Source: Batkoa obscura
Lineage: Eukaryota
Direction: 5' to 3'
Assembly: GCA_030770535.1 (NCBI GenBank)
Contig: JASVEC010000003.1
Location: 372,001 to 436,000 of the forward strand
DNA length: 64,000 nucleotides
Below, one piece after another: positions 40,670 through 52,510 of this stretch. Position numbers and translations under genes: made by a program. How positions within the stretch are numbered: the first letter of the stretch is position 1; each line of letters opens with the position of its first letter. Below the pieces are notes generated by a model. It worked only from the letters and a program-made list of their open reading frames with translations, was not told the origin of the DNA and searched no databases.

Positions 40670-40952
40670 ATGAATCATTTGAGCGAACAAAAACTTAAAA
40701 AACTAATTGAAAATAATCGTAACTTAAGACAGCAATTGGATTTACCACGTATCCCAGTGTCTGAAGCTAGTCAATCGTAAGTTTTTATATATAAAAAGAG
40801 TAATTTAAATTCAAATTTATTAATTCCGTTTATAAAGCTTAATTAAGTATGCTACTACGACTCCAGATTATCTTATTCCACAAATTTGGGGTAGTGCGCC
40901 TGTAGATCCATTTAATCCAAACAAAGCCACTTCTTGTTGTACAGTTATGTAA
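40670..40952 (+). CDS. Heterotrimeric G-protein gamma subunit
   Basis: Missing from the ORF track. Two exons give MNHLSEQKLKKLIENNRNLRQQLDLPRIPVSEASQSLIKYATTTPDYLIPQIWG...DPF...SCCTVM*, with a CCaaX lipidation signal. Confidence 0.95.
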
Positions 40953-41819
40953 ACTTTAGTTTTTTTATTACAATGGATTAATTTTTCTCAATTTGACGCT
41001 TCCTTTTTTTTTAATAATTGGTAATTAAATTATAAAACCCCACCTTAACTTCTATTGTTCTTTTTTATCCACAATCTATTAAATTGTTGTTGCACCTTCA
41101 TTGTGCCTTTTTTATAGTTTTACTCTTGGTTTTCAAAATGCCAATGAAATCGAATGCTCACAATTTTATTAAGCGTTACTACATTATATAGAGAAAACAA
41201 TAATTTTGATAACATTAGTATGTATTATATATCAAGATCTTTAAGTATACATTATATAGTCAATTTATACTAAAGTTAAACTTAATTATAATATTTAGTT
41301 ATAATACTAATCAATACTTTTTAATAATTTATTTACAGAGTTTTAATCCAAATTTTATACGGTATGATAGAACGATTGCCATATTCAAGTACTTGTATAT
41401 TATAATATAATGATTATCATGTTAAAATGCTTATACATTATAATGGGATAATATTGTATACGGACTTGTAGGTACTTTAACAATAATATGAAGTGGAATG
41501 TTATATAAAAAGAATTAATAAATGAAAAATGAATCCAATTACTAAACTTGTCAAGTTCCATTTAAATTATTATAAATTATTCAATAAAGTAGTAATATTA
41601 ACTAAAAAATCAATTTCAAGTATAAAAAGTGACAAATTTAGTAAATATTTTATTTTGGAATTGATATTTTATTTATTTGTCCAATGTAAGTTTTAGATAT
41701 ATGACCATTGTAAGGTTTTAGAAGTCTTTGTATTGTAAGTTATAGTAGTTTCTTATTACTAATAAAATAAAATATAAAACTACAAAAAATAAAAAAAAGA
41801 ATATATTGATTATAAATTT

Positions 41820-42420
41820 TCAGTACTTAACCTTCTTTTAAATCTAGTGATCATCCCCTATTCGCCCCTTTCTTATCCCACCAGTCCCATACCGTACTTT
41901 AATTTCCTCTCTCGTAAACAAACCACTTTGGAATTTAATTCTTTTATTTCTAGATTATTGAAAAAAAAGCTTAACATTTTATTTGAAAATATAAATTATT
42001 TTTTTGATTGTGTATAGAGTTAATATTAAAATAATAGTATTAGTAGCAAGATCCGTTAAAATAGTTAAAGAATAGGCGGACCATTCTGATTTTCCCAAGA
42101 TTTTTTGCCCATGAAGTTGATGTCAGTGGAATTTGACATAGCTTTGAGATAGGCAGCATTTTTAAGCTATCATTAGCTATCTCAAAAAATATATTGAACA
42201 AACTGTTATAAAATTTTAACTGATAATTAAAAGCAAAACTAAACAAAAATAAAATATTGATATAGGATAGATTTTTTATGCTCAAAGTTATGCTATTTTC
42301 CTTTAAGTATTTAATTTTTGCTTATTTTTCTTTTCATTATTATATTGAAAACTTTTCAACTCTTTGTCCAAATCTTTGATTAAGACAATCATCGTAGTTG
42401 AAAATATTGAATTTTAAACT
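41820..42420 (-). ncRNA. Candidate long structured non-coding RNA, class unassigned
   Basis: No credible ORF. Several hairpins and one long-range arm whose G-U pairs work only on the minus strand (see findings). Confidence 0.5.
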
Positions 42421-42708
42421 CATTTCAACTTTCTTCAACTTTCTTCAAAATTTTTGGGAAAAATCCAATCGTCCGTTTAATTTAAAGTTTACCAAGATCC
42501 GTTTGAATGAATTTTCTAAATAAGATAGCTAATTAAATTAACCCCCCAATTACCAACAATTATTCATTAACCAATAAGATTCACAATAAAAAACAGTCAT
42601 CAGCTGTCATCAATTGAAAATGAGTATATAAATAATAATAGTTATATCTATAGAATAAGAGTATTTGAAATAAACAAATATAGCACAATTGAAATATAGT
42701 ACAATAAA

Positions 42709-44420
42709 ATGGGCGAAGAAAACATCTATCTATTAGATTATGGCGCAGGGAATGTACGTTCTTTAATCAATGCCGTTAACAGTTTAGGTTATACCATAAA
42801 AACAATTACAAGTAAAGAGGACTTTTTCAAAGCGGATGTAAGTTCAATTTGTAGAATCTATTTGAGTCAAACTAACTTTATTTTTTCATTCTCTAGAAAA
42901 TCCTTTTCCCAGGAGTAGGTAACTTTGGTTTAGCTATGAAAAGTTTAAGAGAATTAGGATATTATGATTCATTAAAACAATATATTCAACAAAATAAAAA
43001 ATTTCTTGGTATTTGTGTTGGTATGCAATGTTTATTTCAAGGTTCAACCGAAGCTTCAGAGGGAGAGGACTTCAAAGGATTAGATATTATTTCAAGTAAA
43101 GCGCAATATTTTAATAATACCATAAAAGCAGTACCTCATATGGGTTGGAATCAAGTTTATTTACATAAAAAAGAAAAAGAGGGAGAAGCTCCATTATCAC
43201 TTGATTTGGAGAACTATTATTATTTTGTTCATTCGTATGCAATTCCTTTTGATTCATGTCCTAAAGAATGGATCTTAACTAGTACTGTTTATAAAGGGGA
43301 GCACTTTGTTTCAGCCGTGGGTAAAGGGAATGTTATTGGGGTACAATTTCATCCAGAAAAAAGTGGCAAGTTTGGATTAAAATTTTTAGATGCTTTTTTA
43401 ACTAATAAGAAGGATTTATTTGTTGATGAGATATTATTAACCCCAAAGATTGATTTAAATGTTGATTTATTAAGTAAAAGAATAGTAGCTTGTTTAGATG
43501 TAAGAACCAATGAAGCTGGAGAATTAATAGTTACCAAAGGAGATCAATATGATGTACGAGAAAAGGACGAGAATAATAGTATAAGAAATTTGGGCCAACC
43601 TGTTGAAATTGCTAAAAAATACTATGATGCAGGAGCAGATGAAATTTGTTTTTTAAATATAACTTCCTTTAAAAACTGTCCAATAAACGATTTACCAATG
43701 TTAAAAATATTACAATTAGCAAGTGAAAAATTATTTGTTCCATTAACTGTTGGTGGAGGAATTAAAGATTTTAATTATAATAATACAGTAATTGATGCTG
43801 TTGATGTTGCTGGTATTTATTTTCGTAATGGTGCAGATAAAGTTTCGATTGGCTCTGATGCAGTTATTTCAGCTATGAAATATTATAAAAATAATCAACA
43901 ATTAGATAATACTTCCCCAATTGAAAAAATTAGTCAAATTTATGGAAAACAAGCAGTTGTTATATCAGTGGATCCAAAAAGAGTATATGTTACTGAAGAT
44001 TACAATAATAGTAATAATTATACTATAATTGAAACAAAACAATTAGGACCTAATAAAGAGATTTTATGTTATTTCCAATGTACCATAAAAGGCGGTAGAG
44101 AGGGTGTTGAATTAGATGTAATTCAATTAATTAAAGCATGTGAGGTTATGGGTGCTGGCGAATTAATGATCAATTCTATTGATAGAGATGGTACGAATTC
44201 TGGTTTTGATCTAGAATTAATTCAACTGGTTAAAAACAATGTAAAATTACCTATTGTTGCTTCTTCAGGTGCAGGGAATTCGGCTCACTTTCAACAACTA
44301 TTTCAATTAAATCCAAGTCCTGAAGCTGGTTTAGCTGCTGGTATATTTCATCGTAATGAATTACCTATTCCTAAACTTAAAAAAGAGTTGATTGATCTTG
44401 GTTTAACTATTAAACCTTAA
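42709..44420 (+). CDS. HIS7: Imidazole glycerol phosphate synthase (fused HisH-HisF)
   Basis: LDYGAGNVRS, PGVGNFG, GICVGMQ, PHMGWN, QFHPEKSG, RIVACLDVR and DKVSIGSDAV; one intron. Confidence 0.98.
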
Positions 44421-44519
44421 ATATATCAAAATATTAAAAATAAAAAATAAAAAATAAAAATAAAACTATATCATATACTATATTTTATTTATATTATTAT
44501 TTTATTTTATTCTATTTAT

Positions 44520-45700
44520 TTATAATGTTAATACACTTCTTTCATTTCTATTAACCTCTTCCTCATCTAGTTTAATATCTGGTTTGACTTCCCTTTGTTG
44601 TGTTTTAATTAAATCAATCTTTTGTCCAGCTTCAATTAATTCCTTTAACCATTCAATATTTTCTTCAGTTATAATACTTTGTTTTAAAAAATACTCCAAC
44701 TCAGGTAAATAAACATTCTCATAATCTTTCAATTTATCTTCAATTTTTTTTACTTCTTTTAAATAACGTTGATTAATAAAGTCTACATCTATATTCCATT
44801 GGCTTGTTTTCATGATTTTATAACTTAATTTATAGATCAAATATATATAATTATTTCTTTCTTTTTGTTCATTATTATTATTACTATTATTTATATTCTT
44901 CCAGTTAATAAAACATTCACTTAGCCTTTGATATAATTGATAATCGTTAGGTCGTATTTGATCATATTTTTTAAAACAAGTAATTGCATCTAATTAAGGT
45001 ATTGGTTATTAAATATAAAATAATGAATAAAACAAAACAAAATAAATATAATTACCGTTTAATAGCCCATTAAAGCTAAAAACAATACCCTTCAAAATCA
45101 AATGTCCTAAATCATTAGCATCCTTAATATAAAAATAAATAAATTAAATAAATAAACTTAATTTAATACATCAGCTAACAAACATCAAAATACTTACCTT
45201 CCATTCCAACACCATCTTATATGCCATATCATATCGTTCTAATTTTAAATAAGCTTTAATTAATATTTCCACCACTTCTTTACCATTAGAAACTCGAGTT
45301 AAATGTTTTTTATTCAAAAATTCTGTGCCTAAAGCAATAGTTTCCTCATATCTTTTATTGAAATATTTTTGTTCTAAGGAATATTTAATTTGAGTAGCAC
45401 CTAAACCACTTGATTCAAATCTCATTTCCATTGTTTCATTAGGTTTTAAATTAAACCACTAATATATGAAAAATAATATTAGTATCAATATATTATATTA
45501 CAGTATGAGACCAAATAAAGAAATAAACTTACCCCTGGTTCCTCCCCAATTGGTTTATAATTTTGAACTTCTAAACGATGTTTTTCTAACTTTCGTTTTT
45601 CAATTTCAATTTCTTTCTGTTTCTTCAATTGAATTTCCTCTTCATTATCGGATGCTTCTAAGGCCCCAAACTCAAAATAGGTTTCATTATCATCAGTCAT
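44520..45700 (-). CDS. TPR-like protein, possibly C8orf76-like
   Basis: Four hand-spliced exons. YKPIGEEPG|WF is followed by TPR-like helices (YEETIALG, AYLKLERYDMAY, AITCFKKY..RPND). Family assignment is from recall. Confidence 0.6.
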
Positions 45701-46607
45701 TATGTTCGATTACTTGATGAAATATGAGGATATTTTTTTATTAATTGTCTTTTTTGCTATTTTAAAAAAAACAAAAATAGATACTAACTTTTAACCCTTT
45801 AAATTCCATTTGATTAAAATTTAAATAATTTTTATTGGTTTATAGCTAATTTGGGTTAATTTTACTTACTTATTCGAGAAAAAATATTTAGTTAGAATTA
45901 AACTAAAACATAAGTATCAGGCTTTAAAATAATGTTTAAATAAATTATTTAATTATAAAAAATACCGCTAGGCAGATCGCACTTCACCAGAATTAGCTGG
46001 ATTAATTAAACTTAAAAAAATATCAAGGGCAGTTTAGTAAATATCACTAAATATTAAAGAATCAAATCTTTAATATTTTCAAAATGTGCTAGATGAAATA
46101 AAATATATAATTTTGGTCAAGTATCGTAGAATGAATATATTAAGTTAACGGGCTACTATAAATAGAAATAGTTAAACTTCTGTAATCCACTGTGTTATTT
46201 CAAATGATTCTTATGTGACAATATCTTATGATTATAGTTCAAACAAAAGGCTTAATTATCCATTTATTATATAGAAAAATCACACAATTTGAACAATTTT
46301 ATATTACTTGAGCTAATAATGATATATATTATTAAGTTAGAACACTGTTAAAATAGATAGTAAACAAACTATTATTATGACGCATCGTAAACTAATTTTA
46401 CAAAAAATGGTTTAATCAGTACATTGGTAGTCATATGTTTATTATAACTAAATAATGACTACTAAAAAAAATAAAAGTATAAAGTTTGATTGGGAACAAT
46501 GGGCATTTAAAATAACAAAAGAACTATAAATATATAGATAAAGAAGACAGCCCAAGTATCAAAAAGTTTCATTGAACAGTTCCATATAATCCAAAAAAAT
46601 AATATAA

Positions 46608-47795
46608 ATGAAAGTATTTACTATCTTTGCTATCTCCACTTCCCTCCTTGTTTCAGTATTTGCTGATCTTGCTCCATTACATAAAAATGGTAAAATCATT
46701 GAAGGAAGTTATTTAATCACCTTGAAAGGTAACACTCGTACCACTCTTGATGCTCACGTCCAACAAGTGCAAGAGCTCTTCACTGACCGTAGTGGATCTA
46801 ACAAAGTTGAAAGAGTTTTCAACCACATTGGAAACGCTTACCATGCTCGTTTAACTGATTCAGTTTTAGAAAAAGTTCGTAATTTACCTGAAGTTGCCTT
46901 TGTTGAAGCGGACACTGAGGTTAAGCTTTATACCACTCAAAATAATGCACAAGCTGAATTGAATTATACTCAAAATAATGCTCCATGGGGTCTTGCTCGT
47001 ATCTCTCAAAACACCTTCACTGATAAATCTACTTATAACTATGATGGTGATGGTTCTGATGTAACTGTTTATGTTATTGATACTGGTATCCTTACCACTC
47101 ATCCTGAATTTGAAGGTCGTGCTCGTTTTGGTGCCAGATTTGCTGGTAAAAGCAATGATGATGAGCATGGTCATGGTACACATTGTGCTGGTATTGTTGG
47201 ATCCAAAACTTATGGTGTCTCAAAAAATACGAATCTTGTTGCTGTTAAAGTTTTCAATGGTAGTGGTTTAGGTAGCACCTCGGCAATTGTTTCTGGTATT
47301 GAATGGACAATTAAGGATAAAAAAGGAGTGAAGGGAAATGTCATCAGCATGTCAATTGGTGGAGGATTTTCAAATTTTATTAATAATGCTGTTGAAACAG
47401 CATATCAAAAAGGGTTTGTTGTTGTTGTAGCTGCTGGTAATGGATCTAGTGATGCTTGTAATTTCTCTCCAGCTTCAGGACCAAATGCTATTACTGTTGG
47501 TTCCTCTGATATCAATGATAACATTGCCTCTTCTTCTAATTACGGTAAATGTGTTGATATTATTGCTCCAGGTGTAGCCGTCCTTTCTTCATGGAACAAC
47601 GGTGGTAATAACACTATCTCTGGTACTTCCATGGCTACTCCTCATGTTGCTGGTCTTGTTGCTTATTTCCTTTCAAAAGAAACTTTAACCAATGCTCAAG
47701 TAAGAGATAAGATTGTTAATGTTGCTACTAAAGATGCTATCAAGAATTTAAAAGCTGACACTCCAAATCTTTTAGCTTATAACAATATTGCTTAA
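46608..47795 (+). CDS. Secreted proteinase K-type subtilisin (S8A) with I9 propeptide, copy 1
   Basis: Signal peptide; catalytic motifs VIDTG, HGHGTHCAG, AAGN and SGTSMATPH; intronless. Confidence 0.98.
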   Translation: MKVFTIFAISTSLLVSVFADLAPLHKNGKIIEGSYLITLKGNTRTTLDAHVQQVQELFTDRSGSNKVERVFNHIGNAYHARLTDSVLEKVRNLPEVAFVEADTEVKLYTTQNNAQAELNYTQNNAPWGLARISQNTFTDKSTYNYDGDGSDVTVYVIDTGILTTHPEFEGRARFGARFAGKSNDDEHGHGTHCAGIVGSKTYGVSKNTNLVAVKVFNGSGLGSTSAIVSGIEWTIKDKKGVKGNVISMSIGGGFSNFINNAVETAYQKGFVVVVAAGNGSSDACNFSPASGPNAITVGSSDINDNIASSSNYGKCVDIIAPGVAVLSSWNNGGNNTISGTSMATPHVAGLVAYFLSKETLTNAQVRDKIVNVATKDAIKNLKADTPNLLAYNNIA

Positions 47796-47882
47796 CCTTT
47801 TAGAAATAAAACCTTAAGTATATTGGTCCTTTTAGTTTTTAGCCCTATCTAAGACTTATTGGTTTATTTTTAAAATACTTAT

Positions 47883-47984
47883 ATGAGGATGTATTTTTTT
47901 GTTTAATAATTTTACTGGCAATTTTTCGACTTAGTAGCGCTTAAAAAATAGAAAAAATAATGAAGTTAAAAAAAACACCTCCAT
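47883..47984 (+). mobile_element. MITE-like ~100-bp family, copy 5
   Basis: atat-GAGGATGTATTTT...AAAAAAACACCTCC-atat. Confidence 0.88.
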
Positions 47985-48954
47985 ATGCTACTTTCCATAC
48001 CTAAATTTTTTTTATAATTTTATAATTTTATTTTAAAATTTCAATATAAATAATTAAAATTTTAGCTTCTTAATTATTAGTTTGAAATTTCAATTAAACT
48101 TTTAATAAATACACCTAATTTTTTTGTTATATTGGATCATACACAAAGTATTGTACTACTAAAGCATGAAATTATTGGTAAGGTTGAATATTCATAAAAG
48201 CGATATTAATTTCAACAAATATTCAAGCAAATATCCAAGCAAATATGAACATAAATTATTATCATAAAGAAAATAATTCAAACAAATTGAACATTTTAGA
48301 TTAAATATTATCTCAATTATTGTTTAAATATATAAATCTATCAATTGTATATCCATAAAAAATATAAAGGCGGAATAAGTAAAGAAAATTCAGTTAACTA
48401 TTGATCATACGATTATTCTTAGTTATTAAATCAAGATTTTTACTAACAATTTGATCAGCATTTAATAAATTCAATAATAATATTTGGTACTTAAAATAGA
48501 TGAAATTAAATTTAAATTTAAAATAAATTATATGACTTTTTTATGATACAATCATTTGATATTTTTTTATTAATTTCTTCATCACATCCGTTATTTTAAA
48601 CAATGAAAAACTACAGCTTAAAGCTACAGTTGATGATTTATAATCTATTTAAAGTAATCATAATACTACTTCTATTTAATACTTTAAAATTCAATCTAGA
48701 TAGTATGCCATTTAACTCGATAGTAGTATATTATCTTTTGATTACTAAACTATTGATATCATATACTTATTATAGACAACTAATAATTAACGAATACATT
48801 TATTATATAAAATAAAAGTCAATGATAAAGCGAATTAATATACCATAATAAACCTTAAGAAAATAAAAACACTATAAATATATCAATAATGAAGACATTC
48901 TAAGTATCAAAAAGTTTATTGAACAATTCCATATAATAAAAAACAACAATCCAA

Positions 48955-50103
48955 ATGAAAATATTTGCTATCTTTGCTATCACCTCTTCTCTCCTTGCTA
49001 CAGTATTTGCTGACCTTGCACCCTTACATAAAAAAGGAAAAACAATTGAAGGAAGCTATTTAATCACCTTAAAGGGAGATACTCGACTTCCTATTGAGGC
49101 CCACATCCAGCAAGTACAAGAACTCTTACTGATCGTAGTGGGTATAACAAAATTGAGACTGTCTTTAAACATGTAAAAAACACGTATCATGCTCGTTTAG
49201 CTGATTCAGTTTTAGAAAAAGTTCGTAATTTACCTGAAGTTGCTTTTGTAGAAGCTGATGCTCAAGTGAAACTTTCTACAACTCAAACTGGTGCTACTTG
49301 GGGTATTTCTCGTATTTCTCAAACTATTTTCAATAATAAATCAGCTTATAACTACAATGGTGATGGTTCCGGTGTAACTGTATACTTAATTGATACCGGT
49401 ATCCTTACTACTCACCCTGAGTTTGGAGGTCGTGCCAGATTTGGTGCTAGATTTGCTGGTACCAATAACAATGATGAAAACGGCCATGGTACACATTGTG
49501 CTGGTACCATTGGTTCAAAAACTTATGGTGTTTCAAAAAACGTTAGTCTTGTTGCAGTTAAAGTGTTTGATAGTAGTGGTTCAGGTAGTACTTCAGGTAT
49601 TATTTACGCCATTAATTGGGCAGTCAACGATAAAAAAGGAGTTAGGGGTAATGTCATTAGGTGGTAGTCAATCAGATACCCTTAATAATGCAGTTGAATC
49701 AGCTCATTCTAATGGCTTTGTTGTGGTTGTTGCAGCTGGTAATGAAACCCAAGATGCATGTAATGTGTCCCCAGCTTCAGCTGCAAGTGCTATTACAGTA
49801 GCTGCTTCGGATATCAATGGTAATTTTGCTTCTTTCTCTAATTATGGTCAATGTATTTCTGTTATTGCCCCAGGTGTTAATATTTTATCTACTTGGAATA
49901 ATGGCGGTACTAATACTATCTCTGGTACCTCTATGGCTACCCCACACGTTGCTGGTCTTGGTGCTTATCTCCTTTCAAAGCAATCATCAACTAATGATCA
50001 AGTGGCTCAAAAAATTACTGACCTTTCTACCCAAAACGCTATCAACAATGTAGGTATTGATACTCCTAATCTTTTAGCTTTCAATGGCTACGGTTCCATC
50101 TAA
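48955..50103 (+). pseudogene. Subtilisin copy 2, disrupted by two frameshifts
   Basis: Homology to the paralogs is split over three ORF segments. There is a 1-nt deletion near 49128 (stop at 49174-49176) and an 11-nt deletion near 49660. The catalytic D/H/S motifs are still intact. Confidence 0.85.
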
Positions 50104-50366
50104 ATAAAAAATGTTTAATATATTAAAATTATTTTTAAATATTTGTTTAACTAAATTTAAATCATTATTAAAATTATTGTCTAAAATCTCCTAAGACTAA
50201 CAATATAGTAATATATTAATAAAATTAATATACTAAAACTAATAATATATTTATTTTAATCTTTATTAGCTACCATATGTAGATGTCATTCGTTTCATTT
50301 ATCCCTATCCTTATGTAGTATAAAAGTTGTACGATTTATTAGTAAAATTCTTAAAAGAATACAATT

Positions 50367-51596
50367 TCATCCTGTTTGATCTTCCGATAATTTGTAATCT
50401 TTATCTATTGAAATATATGAATGTTTATAACTACCAATAGCGCTATTATATGAATTAGGTAGATTACATTCCTCTTTATTATGAACATTTTGTAAGGCAT
50501 TGAGTAGTTGATTTTTATAATCATTATCCATAGACCATAACATAACCCCCTTTAAATTATTACATCTAATATAGTTAGTTTTTATATTTAATGATTGAAT
50601 ATCATCATAAGCAATAAACGTATTTGTATTCTTATTAAATAACCATGGAGTTTGAGTAATTGTATCAAATTTCCGAATCCAACCATTAGTAGTGTTAGCT
50701 TTTAATGGCGACTTTAAGATATTTTTAGTCATCAAATCTTTATAAGTATACCCAGGTAAGCTATTATTAGTAATTTTCTGATATTGATTAGTAGTTATCA
50801 TGTCAACATCAACACCTACAGAAAATCCATAAAAAGGCACACCAACCACTAATTTATTATATGTAAAGCCTGCATTACTCCAATCTCTTACTGCTTGTTT
50901 GACAGAGAATGGCGCACCTTTATTGGGTTCATAATCTAATCCACTAATTGGTCCAGTAGTTGTTTCCCAAGGACCATTTAAATCATAACACATTAAATTA
51001 AGCCAATCAAATAAAGGTACAAATTCTTTAACATTCGTTAATGGTCCATTTGGGCCATCGAAGGGTTGAACTCTTACAGCTGCAGTCAATAATTTATTAT
51101 TTAGTGCAGTGCGTAAATCCTTCAATAATAACAAGTAGTTTGGAGTATCTTTTGGAGATACAATATTTCCATCATTACCATTCCTCCCGGGATATTCCCA
51201 ATCTAAATCAACACCATCTAAATTAAATCTATCTACAAAAGCAACAGTATTTGATATAAATTGTTTCCTTTTATTAATGTCTGCTACCATTGGTGAAAAA
51301 TATTTGGACCCTGTCCAGCCACCAATAGATATGGATACTTTTGTATTACATCTATGTGCTCTTTTAATTAATTCTTTTAATGTACTTTCAGTTCCAATTT
51401 TTGGTTTAAAATCAGTATTGTTGAATAATGAAAAGGCATAATTAATGTGAGTTACTTTGTTGAAATCAATGGTACTGACCGGGTATTGGTCTAATGTCCA
51501 ATCGGTAAAGTAGCCTACTACTACTTTACTAGAAGTATAACTAGTAACTTTGGCGATGGTTAAACTAACTACCAAAAAGAAAGAAGAAAATTTCAT
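50367..51596 (-). CDS. Secreted GH18 chitinase
   Basis: Signal peptide, THINYAF, SIGGW, catalytic DGVDLDWEYP (DxxDxDxE), MCYDLNGPW and GVMLWSMDND. Confidence 0.97.
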   Translation of the reverse strand: MKFSSFFLVVSLTIAKVTSYTSSKVVVGYFTDWTLDQYPVSTIDFNKVTHINYAFSLFNNTDFKPKIGTESTLKELIKRAHRCNTKVSISIGGWTGSKYFSPMVADINKRKQFISNTVAFVDRFNLDGVDLDWEYPGRNGNDGNIVSPKDTPNYLLLLKDLRTALNNKLLTAAVRVQPFDGPNGPLTNVKEFVPLFDWLNLMCYDLNGPWETTTGPISGLDYEPNKGAPFSVKQAVRDWSNAGFTYNKLVVGVPFYGFSVGVDVDMITTNQYQKITNNSLPGYTYKDLMTKNILKSPLKANTTNGWIRKFDTITQTPWLFNKNTNTFIAYDDIQSLNIKTNYIRCNNLKGVMLWSMDNDYKNQLLNALQNVHNKEECNLPNSYNSAIGSYKHSYISIDKDYKLSEDQTG

Positions 51597-52347
51597 CTAG
51601 TTACAAGAGCATGGAAATATATTATAACATGGTTTCAATCATTTCCACTTTTATATATTTTGAACTTTCCATTTTTTTATAGAAATACTCAACTTCAAGC
51701 CATTTTTTAACTTTAGTATTAAATTCGAAAGTTGAATAGTAGACTTATTGTGATCAGAGTTATTAATAAAATTAAAATAGTTGATATACTCGTAAATCGA
51801 GATTTACTTTGCCATAGCACTATTTTTAGTGGAACTATAGTATTAATAAAACTATGAGATTCGATCATCTTCAGCTATTTAATATTTTTATCTTATTTAT
51901 GTCTATTTGATAGGACATGTCTATCTTATAGAGATCCTAAAATCCAGACTATTTTCAATAAATTTTATGGAATACCAGCTATTAAGTTATTATTTACTAA
52001 TATTAAATAACAACTTTTATATCAAACTAGTGGTTAAAATAATATACTAATATTGTTATTTTGACTCTTTATTTAAACTTTTGTTTCTTTTCTATCTTTT
52101 TTGCTTCTAGGTTCATCATACTATGATTAATATACAAGATATTCTTTTCATCTATTAATAATAAAATAAATTTATCTTTAAAAAATAAGATGAAGAAGCT
52201 GTATAGGATTGTACACATAATCAAATATTTAATTCAAAAATTGAATATTTTTAACTATATATACATAGTTTGAATCAACCCCGGATAGCTGGCATTTAGG
52301 TAACAAATATCCAACTCAATTTAAAAATTTCACTGCTAATAGAAATA

Positions 52348-52510
52348 CAGCTGTTGCAGCTTTATTTCAATTTAATTTGCAATAATTTTTGGAGTCAGTT
52401 ATTTGCTTGTTTGGTTTTATGAAATATAGCTTTTAGCTTTATCTTGATTTTAGTGAAATTTTATTTTTAAATGAATAGTTAAATAGGTCACTTTAAAGTT
52501 GCAGCAGCTG
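52348..52510. mobile_element. Tc1/mariner-type MITE candidate (~163 bp)
   Basis: TA-CAGCTGTTGCAGCTTTA ... TAAAGTTGCAGCAGCTG-TA: 17-bp terminal inverted repeats with 2 mismatches, flanked by TA. Confidence 0.6.

Noticed and set aside
42075..42100. GGGAAAAUCAG resembling RNase P CR-I
   Set aside because: No matching CR-V / P4 partner was found downstream; the segment instead pairs within the long arm.
42040..42285. 81-aa ORF, and a short alternative frame MSNSTDINFMGKKSW faintly like the Cir_N motif
   Set aside because: TTG start, low-complexity composition, no HP after KKSW and no supporting splice sites. The base-pairing explains the region better.
42352..42404. SECIS-like pattern AUGA-N11-AAA...GA on the minus strand
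   Set aside because: The apical loop is only 3 nt and the AA-to-GA spacing is shorter than typical. No minus-strand gene with an in-frame UGA lies directly upstream, because HIS7 intervenes on the other strand.
42590..42612. Two ATGAC half-sites upstream of HIS7 (Gcn4/CpcA-like)
   Set aside because: Neither is a full TGACTC(A); too weak to call without conservation data.
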